Source: Dehalococcoidia bacterium (GTDB lineage Bacteria; Chloroflexota; Dehalococcoidia; Lucifugimonadales; UBA3495). Taken from it: 64,000 nucleotides of DNA. Both the position numbers and the translations under genes were made by a program. This document shows positions 56,867 through 64,000 of the stretch, one piece after another. Each line of letters opens with the position of its first letter. Position 1 is the first letter of the stretch. The stretch lies in NCBI GenBank assembly GCA_022823505.1, contig JAJEIA010000073.1, positions 924 through 64,923 of the forward strand. The letters run 5' to 3'. The notes under the pieces are model-generated. The model saw nothing but the letters and a program-made list of their open reading frames with translations, was not told where the DNA came from and ran no database searches.

Positions 56867-58366
56867 ATGCGGTTGTACACCACGGCGATTAGCGCCGCCC
56901 GCCGGGCCCGCCTGGGCCCGGACGACGTGGTGGTTGCCGGCGTCTCCGGCGGACCCGATTCCTGCGCTCTGATGCGTGTGCTGGGCATCGCCCGTAACGA
57001 TACTCGCTTCGGCTTCAGGGTACAGCCCGCTCACCTGATGCACGACTTTCGTGGCCAGGAGACCCGGGACGACGCCGACTTCGTGCGCCGGATGTGGCCG
57101 GACTGTATTTTCGACGAGGTGGACGTGGCCGCCTATCAGCGCCAATCCGGCGTGAGTTCCTTCGAGCAAGCGGCCCGGGACGTCCGCTACGGGTTTCTGG
57201 CTAAGGTGGCCCGTCAGGTGGGCGCTCGACTGGTCGCCGTGGGACACACCGCCGACGACCTGGCCGAAACCGTGCTGCTCCACGTCGCTCGCGGCAGCGG
57301 CCTTCACGGACTGCGCGGCATGCGCGAGCTCGACCCCTGGCCTTACCCGGAGGCTCTCAACAATGGCGACGGGCATGAGCGCGAGCTGCACGTCTGGCGC
57401 CCCCTCATCGACCTGACCAGGCATCACACCATCTCCTACTGCCGGAATTATGGCATCGACTACCGCGACGACAGCACCAACTACATGCGCGATTTCGCCC
57501 GCAATCGCGTGCGCCTGGACATCATGCCTGCGTTCAAAGAGCAGCTGAACCCGCGCATCGCCGACGCACTGGGCCGTATTTCCCGTACCGCGGCCGCTCA
57601 GGTGGATTACATGGAGCGGCAGGCCGATCTGCTCTGGCCCCGGATCGTTCCCCAGCCCGCGTCCGATGACGGGAGCCTGCGCCTCGACCGTCCGGCCCTT
57701 GCGGAAACCCACCCGGCGCTGCAGCACATCCTGCTGCGTCGCGCATGGGTCGCAGTTACCGGGCACGAGCATCGACTTACCGAGCGACACCTGGCGGCCA
57801 TGTCCCATGCCGTGACTGACCCCGGTTCGGGTCAGGTCATCCAACTACCCCGGGGTTATCAACTCGTCGTGGATTCACGGTGGGCCACATTGTTCGGCCC
57901 CGGCCGGCGCGACGATTGCCCGTACCCCGAACCCGTCCGCGAGTTCCGGCTCACCCTGCCGTGGGGTCCCATTGCCATCGCCGTCACCAGGCGCGACGGC
58001 TGGGAGGTGACCGCCCAAGCGGTGCCCGTGAGCCCCGGAACCTCCCTCGACACCAAAAACCCGCTGACCGCCTACCTCTCCTCCCAGGCGCTGGCGGAAG
58101 GCGCCACGGTACGGACCTGGCAGCCCGGCGACCGTATGCAACCCTTGGGCATGTCCGGAACTCGGAAGTTGCAGGACATCTTCACCGACGCCAGGGTCCC
58201 GCGGCACTGGCGGGAGCGGGTCCCGCTGGTGGTCACTCCCCGCGGGATCGCCTGGATCGTGGGCGGGCGCATCGCCGATTGGGCTGCCGTGCGTCTCGAG
58301 GACGGCGAGGCGGCGGCCACACTCATCCGTTTCGAAACCCTGCCTGACATACCCGAACCCGCCTGA
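56867..58366 (+). CDS. tilS: tRNA(Ile)-lysidine synthetase
   Basis: PP-loop VVAGVSGGPDSCAL, GHTADDLAETVLL. Start is ATG 56867 (the ORF track begins at TTG 56822). Confidence 0.9.
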   Translation: MRLYTTAISAARRARLGPDDVVVAGVSGGPDSCALMRVLGIARNDTRFGFRVQPAHLMHDFRGQETRDDADFVRRMWPDCIFDEVDVAAYQRQSGVSSFEQAARDVRYGFLAKVARQVGARLVAVGHTADDLAETVLLHVARGSGLHGLRGMRELDPWPYPEALNNGDGHERELHVWRPLIDLTRHHTISYCRNYGIDYRDDSTNYMRDFARNRVRLDIMPAFKEQLNPRIADALGRISRTAAAQVDYMERQADLLWPRIVPQPASDDGSLRLDRPALAETHPALQHILLRRAWVAVTGHEHRLTERHLAAMSHAVTDPGSGQVIQLPRGYQLVVDSRWATLFGPGRRDDCPYPEPVREFRLTLPWGPIAIAVTRRDGWEVTAQAVPVSPGTSLDTKNPLTAYLSSQALAEGATVRTWQPGDRMQPLGMSGTRKLQDIFTDARVPRHWRERVPLVVTPRGIAWIVGGRIADWAAVRLEDGEAAATLIRFETLPDIPEPA

Positions 58367-58571
58367 CCGTTGTCCGCCCATGAACCCGGGCGCCGGGCTC
58401 CCGCAGCCAACGGCAATCGACGGATTGGGGCAAACTCGCGGGGCCACCGGTGGGAGCCCCACCCATTCGCTTAGCCCGCAAGCCCATTAGATTCGACCCC
58501 AATTTGGAGGAGCCGACGAAATGGCTATTGTGTAAAATAGAGATGTAACTGGAACGGCCTCAGGACCTGCC

Positions 58572-58610
58572 AAAGCCGACTGGATCCGCCCGCGTACGGC
58601 CGTCGGCTTT
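58572..58610 (+). promoter_or_regulatory. leader hairpin immediately upstream of the accDA ribosome-binding site
   Basis: AAAGCCGAC (58572-58580) pairs with GTCGGCTTT (58602-58610), followed by CTTCGG. The SD AGGAGGGG starts about 14 nt later. Confidence 0.3.
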
Positions 58611-58636
58611 CTTCGGCAACTGTAGGAGGGGTTTAG

Positions 58637-60481
58637 GTGCCGGTCCGCAACCTGACCAATTTCCTGGTGCATCTCTTCAGCGACGGCGACGAGCTGGAGG
58701 AGATGTACTTGTCCGCAGTGCATGACGATTGCCTGTACTGCCACGAATCGATCAGCGACTCGAACGCCTACCTCGACTACCGGGTTTGCCCGTTCTGTCG
58801 CTTCCACTACACCCTCTCCGCGCGCGAACGCATCGAGCTCCTCGCCGATCGCCGAACCTTCCGCGAGCACAACCGCTACGTGCGTTCCGTCTCGCCGTTG
58901 GCGTTCTCCAACCGCACTTCCTACGATGAACAGCTCACCCAGAGCCAGGATCGCACGGGCCTGACCGAAGCCGCCGTCACCGGAACCTGCCGGGTCGACG
59001 GCCGCAACGTGATGCTTGTGGTGTTGGACTACGGGTTCATGGGCGGCAGCATGAGCAGCGTGGTCGGCGAAAAGGTCGCCCTGGCGTTCGAGCACGCCGC
59101 CCGCCGCGACCTTCCCGTCGTCGCCCTGGTCACCGGAGGCGGAGCCCGCACCCAGGAGGGTGTCCTGTCGCTGATGCAGATGGCCAAGACGGTCACCGCC
59201 GCCAACCGGCTCCGTGAAGCATCCCTCCCGTTCATCGCCGTGCTGGCCAATCCCTCCACCGGGCAGGCCTACGGGAGTTTCGCGAACCTCGCCGATGTCA
59301 TCATCGCCGAGCCGGGCTCGGTCGTGGGTCTGTCCTCCATCCGTGCCATGATCGAGGCCACCGGGAGGCAGGTTCCGCCGGACGTCCACACGGCGGAATA
59401 CCACCTCCGCCAGGGACTGCTCGACAACGTGGTCGATCGCGAACAACTGCGGCCTCGGGTCAGCCAACTGCTCAACCTTCTCGTGGAGCCGGAAGGCATT
59501 CGACTGAGCCGGCGCGCGGTCTCGCGTTTGCAGGCTCCGTCCCCCGACGACACCGAAACCTGGGAATCAGTGGAAGCCGCCACCCACGACGAGCGGCCTG
59601 ACGCCCTTTACTACATGCGGCACCTGCTCGACGATTTCTTCGAGATTTGCGGCGACCGCATCAGCAGCGACGACCGCACCGTGGTTGGAGGCATCGGCCT
59701 CCTGCGCGGGCATCCCGTCGCCGCCATCGGTCAGCAGCGCATCCATTCCCACGATACCGACCGCAGCCGCTACCACGTCCATCCCGATGGGCTGCGCAAG
59801 GCACAACGCATCATCGGCCTGGCCGCCCGGTTCAACCTGCCCCTGATCACGCTGATCGATTCGCAAGGCGCCGACCCCCGGCTGGAGTCGGAGGAACACG
59901 GTGTGGGCAACGCCATCGCCCGCAGCCTGTCCATGATGCTCCAGGCCGAAACCCCCGTCGTTTCCGTGATCATCGGCGAGGCCGGCAACGAGGCTGCGCT
60001 GGCCTTGAGTCTTTCCGACCGCATCCTGATGCAGCAGTACGCGATCTACTCGCCGATTTCCCTGCACCACGCGGTCGGCGGCCCTCTGCGCGAACGTTAC
60101 CTGACCCGCGAGTCCGCGGAAGCGTTGATGCTCACCGCGCGCGACTGCCACGAGCTTGGCATCATCGATCAGGTCATCCCCGAACCCGCCGGCGGGGCCC
60201 ACCTCGACCCGCGCCGGGCGGTCGAAGACCTCGAGTTTTCGATCTACAAACACCTGGCCGAGACCAGCCGAGTTTCGGCCAGCAAACTCGTCAAGCAACG
60301 TTACCGGAAATTCCGCCAGATGGGCGAACTCAACCCGTTCGCCCAGGAGGCCATCCAGCAGGAGGTCGCGGCGCTCCTGCGGATGCACGCCGTCGACGCG
60401 CCGCCATTTATAGAGCTGCCCGGGCTGACTTTCGGATCCGTACCGGCGCTGGAGGAAGGAGTCGAGCGGCAGGCGTCCTGA
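58637..60481 (+). CDS. accD-accA: acetyl-CoA carboxylase carboxyltransferase, fused beta (AccD, Zn ribbon) and alpha (AccA) subunits
   Basis: GTG 58637 lies 5 nt after AGGAGGGG. Zn ribbon CLYC...CPFC, then AccD core (GFMGGSMSSVVGEK), then AccA-like half (...LITLIDSQGADPRLESEEHG...), all in one 614-aa ORF. Confidence 0.88.
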   Translation: MPVRNLTNFLVHLFSDGDELEEMYLSAVHDDCLYCHESISDSNAYLDYRVCPFCRFHYTLSARERIELLADRRTFREHNRYVRSVSPLAFSNRTSYDEQLTQSQDRTGLTEAAVTGTCRVDGRNVMLVVLDYGFMGGSMSSVVGEKVALAFEHAARRDLPVVALVTGGGARTQEGVLSLMQMAKTVTAANRLREASLPFIAVLANPSTGQAYGSFANLADVIIAEPGSVVGLSSIRAMIEATGRQVPPDVHTAEYHLRQGLLDNVVDREQLRPRVSQLLNLLVEPEGIRLSRRAVSRLQAPSPDDTETWESVEAATHDERPDALYYMRHLLDDFFEICGDRISSDDRTVVGGIGLLRGHPVAAIGQQRIHSHDTDRSRYHVHPDGLRKAQRIIGLAARFNLPLITLIDSQGADPRLESEEHGVGNAIARSLSMMLQAETPVVSVIIGEAGNEAALALSLSDRILMQQYAIYSPISLHHAVGGPLRERYLTRESAEALMLTARDCHELGIIDQVIPEPAGGAHLDPRRAVEDLEFSIYKHLAETSRVSASKLVKQRYRKFRQMGELNPFAQEAIQQEVAALLRMHAVDAPPFIELPGLTFGSVPALEEGVERQAS

Positions 60482-60494
60482 CCGCTATCCGGCG

Positions 60495-61316
60495 TTACGC
60501 CTCGCGCCCATGCGCCTTGAGGCTCCGTCGCAGCTCGTCCGCCACGGAGGCGTACTCGCCGCTGACCGTATCGTCCACCAGCACCGTTGGTTTGCTGGTG
60601 TCCCGGTACGACGAATTTAGCGACATACTGCCCAGGAACGGCGCGTCGATGTCTTCCGCCAACTGCCGTCCCGCGCCCTCTCCGAAGATGTCGCCCGCGT
60701 AGTTCTCCACGATCCCGACCACGTTCAGGTTCAGCTTGCGGATCATGTTGATGCAGCGCTTGGCGTCGATGATTGCCAGATCCTGCGGGGTGCTCACCAC
60801 CACGAACCCGTCCATCGGCAGCGTCTGCATCACCGTCAACGGGGAGTCGGACGTACCGGGCGGCAGGTCGACGATCAGGTAATCCAGCTCACCCCAGTCC
60901 GTCGCCTGGAGGAACTGGTTGATGGCGTTGTGGATCATCGGACCCCGCCAGATGATCGCCTCGTCCTCGTTCTCCTGGAAGAACGCCATGGACACCACTT
61001 TGACCCCATGGCCCTCCGCCGGACTGATTTGCCCGTCGCGGTAGTCCGGCTTGTCGGTGATGCCCATCACCCGGGTCACGTTGGGACAATCGATGTCAAC
61101 GTCCAGCAGCCCCACGCGTTCACCCTGCTTCGCCAATATGGTCGCCAGGTTGCACGCCACCGTGGTCTTGCCGACGCCGCCCTTGCCGCTGTAGACCCCG
61201 ATCTTCGTCCTCACCGCGGCCAGGCGATCGGTGATCTGCCGCTTCTGTTCCCATTGCCGCCGGATCTGCTCCAGGCGGGCGTTTTGCTGCGCGTTGGGCT
61301 GCTGTGGCGTTGCCAT
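60495..61316 (-). CDS. apbC: Mrp/NBP35 (ApbC) family Fe-S cluster carrier ATPase
   Basis: Deviant Walker A SGKGGVGKTTV, and the CPN/CINM Cys region. Confidence 0.9.
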   Translation of the reverse strand: MATPQQPNAQQNARLEQIRRQWEQKRQITDRLAAVRTKIGVYSGKGGVGKTTVACNLATILAKQGERVGLLDVDIDCPNVTRVMGITDKPDYRDGQISPAEGHGVKVVSMAFFQENEDEAIIWRGPMIHNAINQFLQATDWGELDYLIVDLPPGTSDSPLTVMQTLPMDGFVVVSTPQDLAIIDAKRCINMIRKLNLNVVGIVENYAGDIFGEGAGRQLAEDIDAPFLGSMSLNSSYRDTSKPTVLVDDTVSGEYASVADELRRSLKAHGREA

Positions 61317-61359
61317 CGTAGGACTGTTCTCCGTAACCGGGCGACCGTCAGCGTTGGGG

Positions 61360-61668
61360 CTAGATGCCCAACATGTTGCGAGCTTCCTCGCTGATCAGAT
61401 CAGGAGACCAAGGCGGGTCGAAGGTCAGCTCAATGTTGACCTCTTCAACCCCTTCCACGTCCTGAACGGCCCACTCGGCCTGCTGCGCAATATGCGGACC
61501 CATTCCACACCCGGGGAACGTCAGGGTCATCTGCACAAACACGTCGTTCGCGTCGCTGACCTGCACGTCGTAAATCAGACCCAGATCAACGACGTTAACC
61601 GGAATTTCCGGGTCGTATACCGTGCGGAGCGCTTCGTAAACTTCATCGCGATTCACGGTTGCCGGCAT
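61360..61668 (-). CDS. DUF59 (SufT/PaaD-like) Fe-S assembly protein
   Basis: ATG 61668 after AAGGAG. VYEALRTVYDPEIPVNVVDLGLIY...LTFPGCGMG is characteristic of DUF59. Confidence 0.88.
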   Translation of the reverse strand: MPATVNRDEVYEALRTVYDPEIPVNVVDLGLIYDVQVSDANDVFVQMTLTFPGCGMGPHIAQQAEWAVQDVEGVEEVNIELTFDPPWSPDLISEEARNMLGI

Positions 61669-61853
61669 GGCCAATCTCCTTCCAGATGGGTATCTGCGCC
61701 CCATTATAGCCCAAATCCGGTACCAGTGCGTTCGAACCATTCCCGCCGATCCAACGCCCGCGGTCCGTACCCCGGTGTATGATGCACCGCGACTCGGCGT
61801 ACCATGACGCGACGCCACGCCGGACGCTACGGCAGGCCAACGGGAGCGGAAAT

Positions 61854-63413
61854 ATGGTTGATTTGCTATTCGCCAACGGAACTGTGATCGACGGCACCGG
61901 ATCGGCCGGCTTTCGCGCCAGCGTCGCCGTTACCGGCGACACGATCCAGGTCATTACCGGCGACACCTCGTCGGTCGCAGCCGGCCGCACGATCGACGCC
62001 ACCGGCTACGTGATCTGCCCCGGCTTCATCGACATGCACTCCCATTCCGACCTCAAGTTGCTCACCGATCCGGACCACGAGCCGAAGATCCGACAGGGGG
62101 TGACCACCGAGGCCCTGGGCATGGACGGGCTGTCCTACGCGCCGACCACCCCCCGCGCCCTGGAACAACTCCTGGTTTACCTGGCGGCGGTCAACGGCAT
62201 TCCGCCCGATGTCCGCTGGAGCAGCGTCGCCGATTTCCTCGCCCTGTTCGATGGCAGCTCCACCTGCAACGTGGTCCATTTCGTCCCGCACGCCGCCATC
62301 CGGGTCGCCGCCATGGGTTGGTCCTCCCGCCTGCCCACCGATACCGAACTGAACACTATGCGCGACCTGACGCGCCAGGGGATGCGCGACGGCGCGTTCG
62401 GGTTCACCACCGGGCTGACCTACGCACCCGGCGCCTACAGCGATACCAACGAGCTGGCTTCCATCGCAACGGTCGTCGCGGAAGAGGGCGGCTTCTACTG
62501 CACCCACTCGCGCTACACCCTCGGCGACCGCCTTCTCGATCCCTTTCGCGAGGCGGTGGAAATCGGCCGCCGCTCGGGCGCACCGGTCCACATCTCCCAC
62601 TACCACAGCCCGGTGGCCGGCCTCGGCGCACAGATGACGGCTCTGGTCGACGAAGCCCACAATCGCGGCCAGGACGTCAGTTACGACCAGTACCCGTACC
62701 CGGCCGCCAGCACCATCCTTCACTCCCTGCTGCCCTACTGGGTCCATGCCGGCGGCCCCCAGGCCCTGATGACCCGTCTCGCCGATCCCAACGTCCGCGA
62801 CCTCATGGTTCGGGCCGTCGAGCCCCAGTGGGGCGGCCAGACCCTCGACAATTACATCTTCGCCCATATCGCCTCTGACAAAAACAAGGAATGGGAAGGG
62901 CGGTCTCTGGAAGACCTGGCAGTCCACCGGGGAGGGCGCATGGTCGACGCCGTCTGTGACCTGCTGCTCGAAGAGGACCTCCAGGTCGCCTTCGTCGCGC
63001 GCACGGGCAACCTCGAAAACATCCGCGAAATCGCGTCCCACCCGGCCCAGATGATCGGCACCGACGCCATCCTCACCGGCGGTCGGCCCAATCCCCGCAC
63101 TTACGGAACCTACCCCTACGTGTTGGCACAGTTCGTCCGGGGCGAGGGCCTGTTTTCTCTCGAAGAGGCCATCCGCAAGATGACCGGCGCTCCCGCTCGG
63201 CGTCTGGGCCTGTCCGACCGCGGCGTAATACGTAACGGCACCAAGGCCGACCTGGTCCTCTTCAACCCCGGCTCGGTAGACACCCCGGCCACCTTCGACG
63301 ACCCGCTCCAATTCCCCGTCGGCATCGACTACGTAACCGTCAACGGCAGCCTCGTCATCGACAACGGCCAGCACACCGGCGCCCGCCCCGGCCGCGCGCT
63401 GCGGAGCCAATAG
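61854..63413 (+). CDS. N-acyl-D-amino-acid deacylase (D-aminoacylase) family amidohydrolase
   Basis: MVDLLFANGTVIDGTG...PGFIDMHSHSD metal-binding motif, 519 aa. ATG 61854 after GGGAGCGG. Confidence 0.88.
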   Translation: MVDLLFANGTVIDGTGSAGFRASVAVTGDTIQVITGDTSSVAAGRTIDATGYVICPGFIDMHSHSDLKLLTDPDHEPKIRQGVTTEALGMDGLSYAPTTPRALEQLLVYLAAVNGIPPDVRWSSVADFLALFDGSSTCNVVHFVPHAAIRVAAMGWSSRLPTDTELNTMRDLTRQGMRDGAFGFTTGLTYAPGAYSDTNELASIATVVAEEGGFYCTHSRYTLGDRLLDPFREAVEIGRRSGAPVHISHYHSPVAGLGAQMTALVDEAHNRGQDVSYDQYPYPAASTILHSLLPYWVHAGGPQALMTRLADPNVRDLMVRAVEPQWGGQTLDNYIFAHIASDKNKEWEGRSLEDLAVHRGGRMVDAVCDLLLEEDLQVAFVARTGNLENIREIASHPAQMIGTDAILTGGRPNPRTYGTYPYVLAQFVRGEGLFSLEEAIRKMTGAPARRLGLSDRGVIRNGTKADLVLFNPGSVDTPATFDDPLQFPVGIDYVTVNGSLVIDNGQHTGARPGRALRSQ

Positions 63414-63429
63414 CCCAATTGCCGCTCGA

Positions 63430-63831
63430 TCAGGTCGGCACAGGCACGATGGTTACCTCACCGTCAGGGACAACGTCCATGGCAAGCCTGCTGTTCCAAA
63501 GAAGGGCCATACCAACGAGGGGGTCGCTGTCCACGCTGTAAATCGGAACGATTCGCTCCTGACCATGCCAGACAATGCGACCAGAATAGACATCGTAGTG
63601 GTTGACGCTGCCATCTGCCAGCTCAGCCGGCTGGTTCGTGATGAAGAGCAAGCCAAGCTGAGAAATTGCGTCGGGACGGAGCGTCAGGAAGCCGGTGAAT
63701 CCAGTATCTACTGCGACTCTAACCGGTACGGCGAGGCGTTGGTCCGAGGTATTGGCGACTGTTACGCTAATGTACGGCCTTCCGGTGAGCGCAGGCTCCC
63801 CGAGCGCGATTACGGAGCCGCTAACCATCAT
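63430..63831 (-). CDS. retropepsin-like clan AA aspartic protease
   Basis: 134 aa with catalytic VAVDTGFTG (D-T-G). The ATGATG start overlaps the stop of the upstream gene. Confidence 0.7.
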   Translation of the reverse strand: MMVSGSVIALGEPALTGRPYISVTVANTSDQRLAVPVRVAVDTGFTGFLTLRPDAISQLGLLFITNQPAELADGSVNHYDVYSGRIVWHGQERIVPIYSVDSDPLVGMALLWNSRLAMDVVPDGEVTIVPVPT

Positions 63832-64000
63832 TGTCCCGGGAAGCGTCGAAATAGCCGAACTTGTGCACGTAGGGATAGCCCACACGCTCCGACCAGCCGA
63901 CGGTGTTGGGGAACCGTTCCATAAACCGCACCATCGCCGCGCATTCGTCAGCATCGATTTCATACCCGCCGGTGTGAACGTCGATGTAGATGACCTTACC
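63821..64000 (-). CDS. hypothetical protein, C-terminal 59 aa only (5' end outside window)
   Basis: The minus frame is open from the window edge: GKVIYIDVHTGGYEIDADECAAMVRFMERFPNTVGWSERVGYPYVHKFGYFDASRDNDG*. The stop TAG (63821-63823) overlaps the protease start. Not in the ORF track because no start lies in the window. Confidence 0.5.
   Translation of the reverse strand, partial: GKVIYIDVHTGGYEIDADECAAMVRFMERFPNTVGWSERVGYPYVHKFGYFDASRDNDG

Noticed and set aside
58367-58636. The 270-bp tilS-accDA intergenic region as a possible structured RNA gene (SRP RNA, tmRNA, RNase P, 6S).
   Set aside because: I found no conserved cores of these RNAs (for example no tmRNA tag/ACCA end, no SRP GGAA/AGCA motifs). 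It has only local hairpins and a CCACCGGTGG palindrome.

Overview
High-GC (by eye roughly mid-60s % G+C) bacterial chromosomal segment, densely coding on both strands. I support about 62 protein genes. I found no rRNA, tRNA, CRISPR array, transposase or integrase by reading. All family calls come from motif and similarity recognition by eye, without searches.

Housekeeping backbone: eno-rsmG, nadC, yloV(DAK2)-degV-recG, uvrB, ruvA-ruvC-yebC, pepA, yggT-proC, pdxA, class II (B12) ribonucleotide reductase nrdJ, nrdR, ftsZ-ftsA-rsmH, tsaD, tilS, a fused accD-accA carboxyltransferase, mrp/apbC and a DUF59 Fe-S protein. Gene content and order suggest a Chloroflexota-like organism: yloV-degV-recG, rsmH directly followed by ftsA-ftsZ, a class II RNR, and LLM monooxygenase plus esterase genes. 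This placement is low confidence.

Accessory or unusual content, in window order:
1. An orphan 522-aa coiled-coil protein in a lower-GC pocket (696-2264).
2. An LLM monooxygenase / tandem-fused double esterase / aminotransferase operon (2488-7089).
3. A hicBA toxin-antitoxin pair (7163-7713).
4. A histidine decarboxylase-ACT-HpaB-like-MOSC operon with no histamine antiporter (7747-11571).
5. A mobA-moaD-like-aldehyde:ferredoxin oxidoreductase cluster (12721-15592).
6. A degenerate-receiver OmpR-type regulator divergent from a split D-glutamate-cyclase-like pair (DUF1445 + DUF4392) plus a Zn-ribbon/PH-like protein (25390-29018).
7. A tandem VOC/glyoxalase array (34620-36679).
8. A ~156-bp nested palindromic MITE-like element, a possible small RNA or terminator, and an NYN-nuclease gene with no usable start codon (36680-37550).
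9. A PaREP1/HEPN-like gene inserted between pdxA and proC (41885-42430).
10. A Panacea-domain (PanA) antitoxin gene whose 3' end overlaps, convergently, an orphan ParE/RelE-like toxin gene (43651-44485), preceded by a 74-bp nested inverted repeat.
11. Two unknown small genes embedded between nrdR and nrdJ (47197-48007).
12. A retropepsin-like protease translationally coupled to an unknown partner at the window edge (63430-64000).

The best candidates for something undescribed are the convergent PanA/ParE-like module, the hdc-ACT-hpaB-MOSC operon, the orphan 522-aa protein, the nrdR-orf-orf-nrdJ arrangement and the MITE/sRNA/NYN locus. None can be proven from sequence alone.
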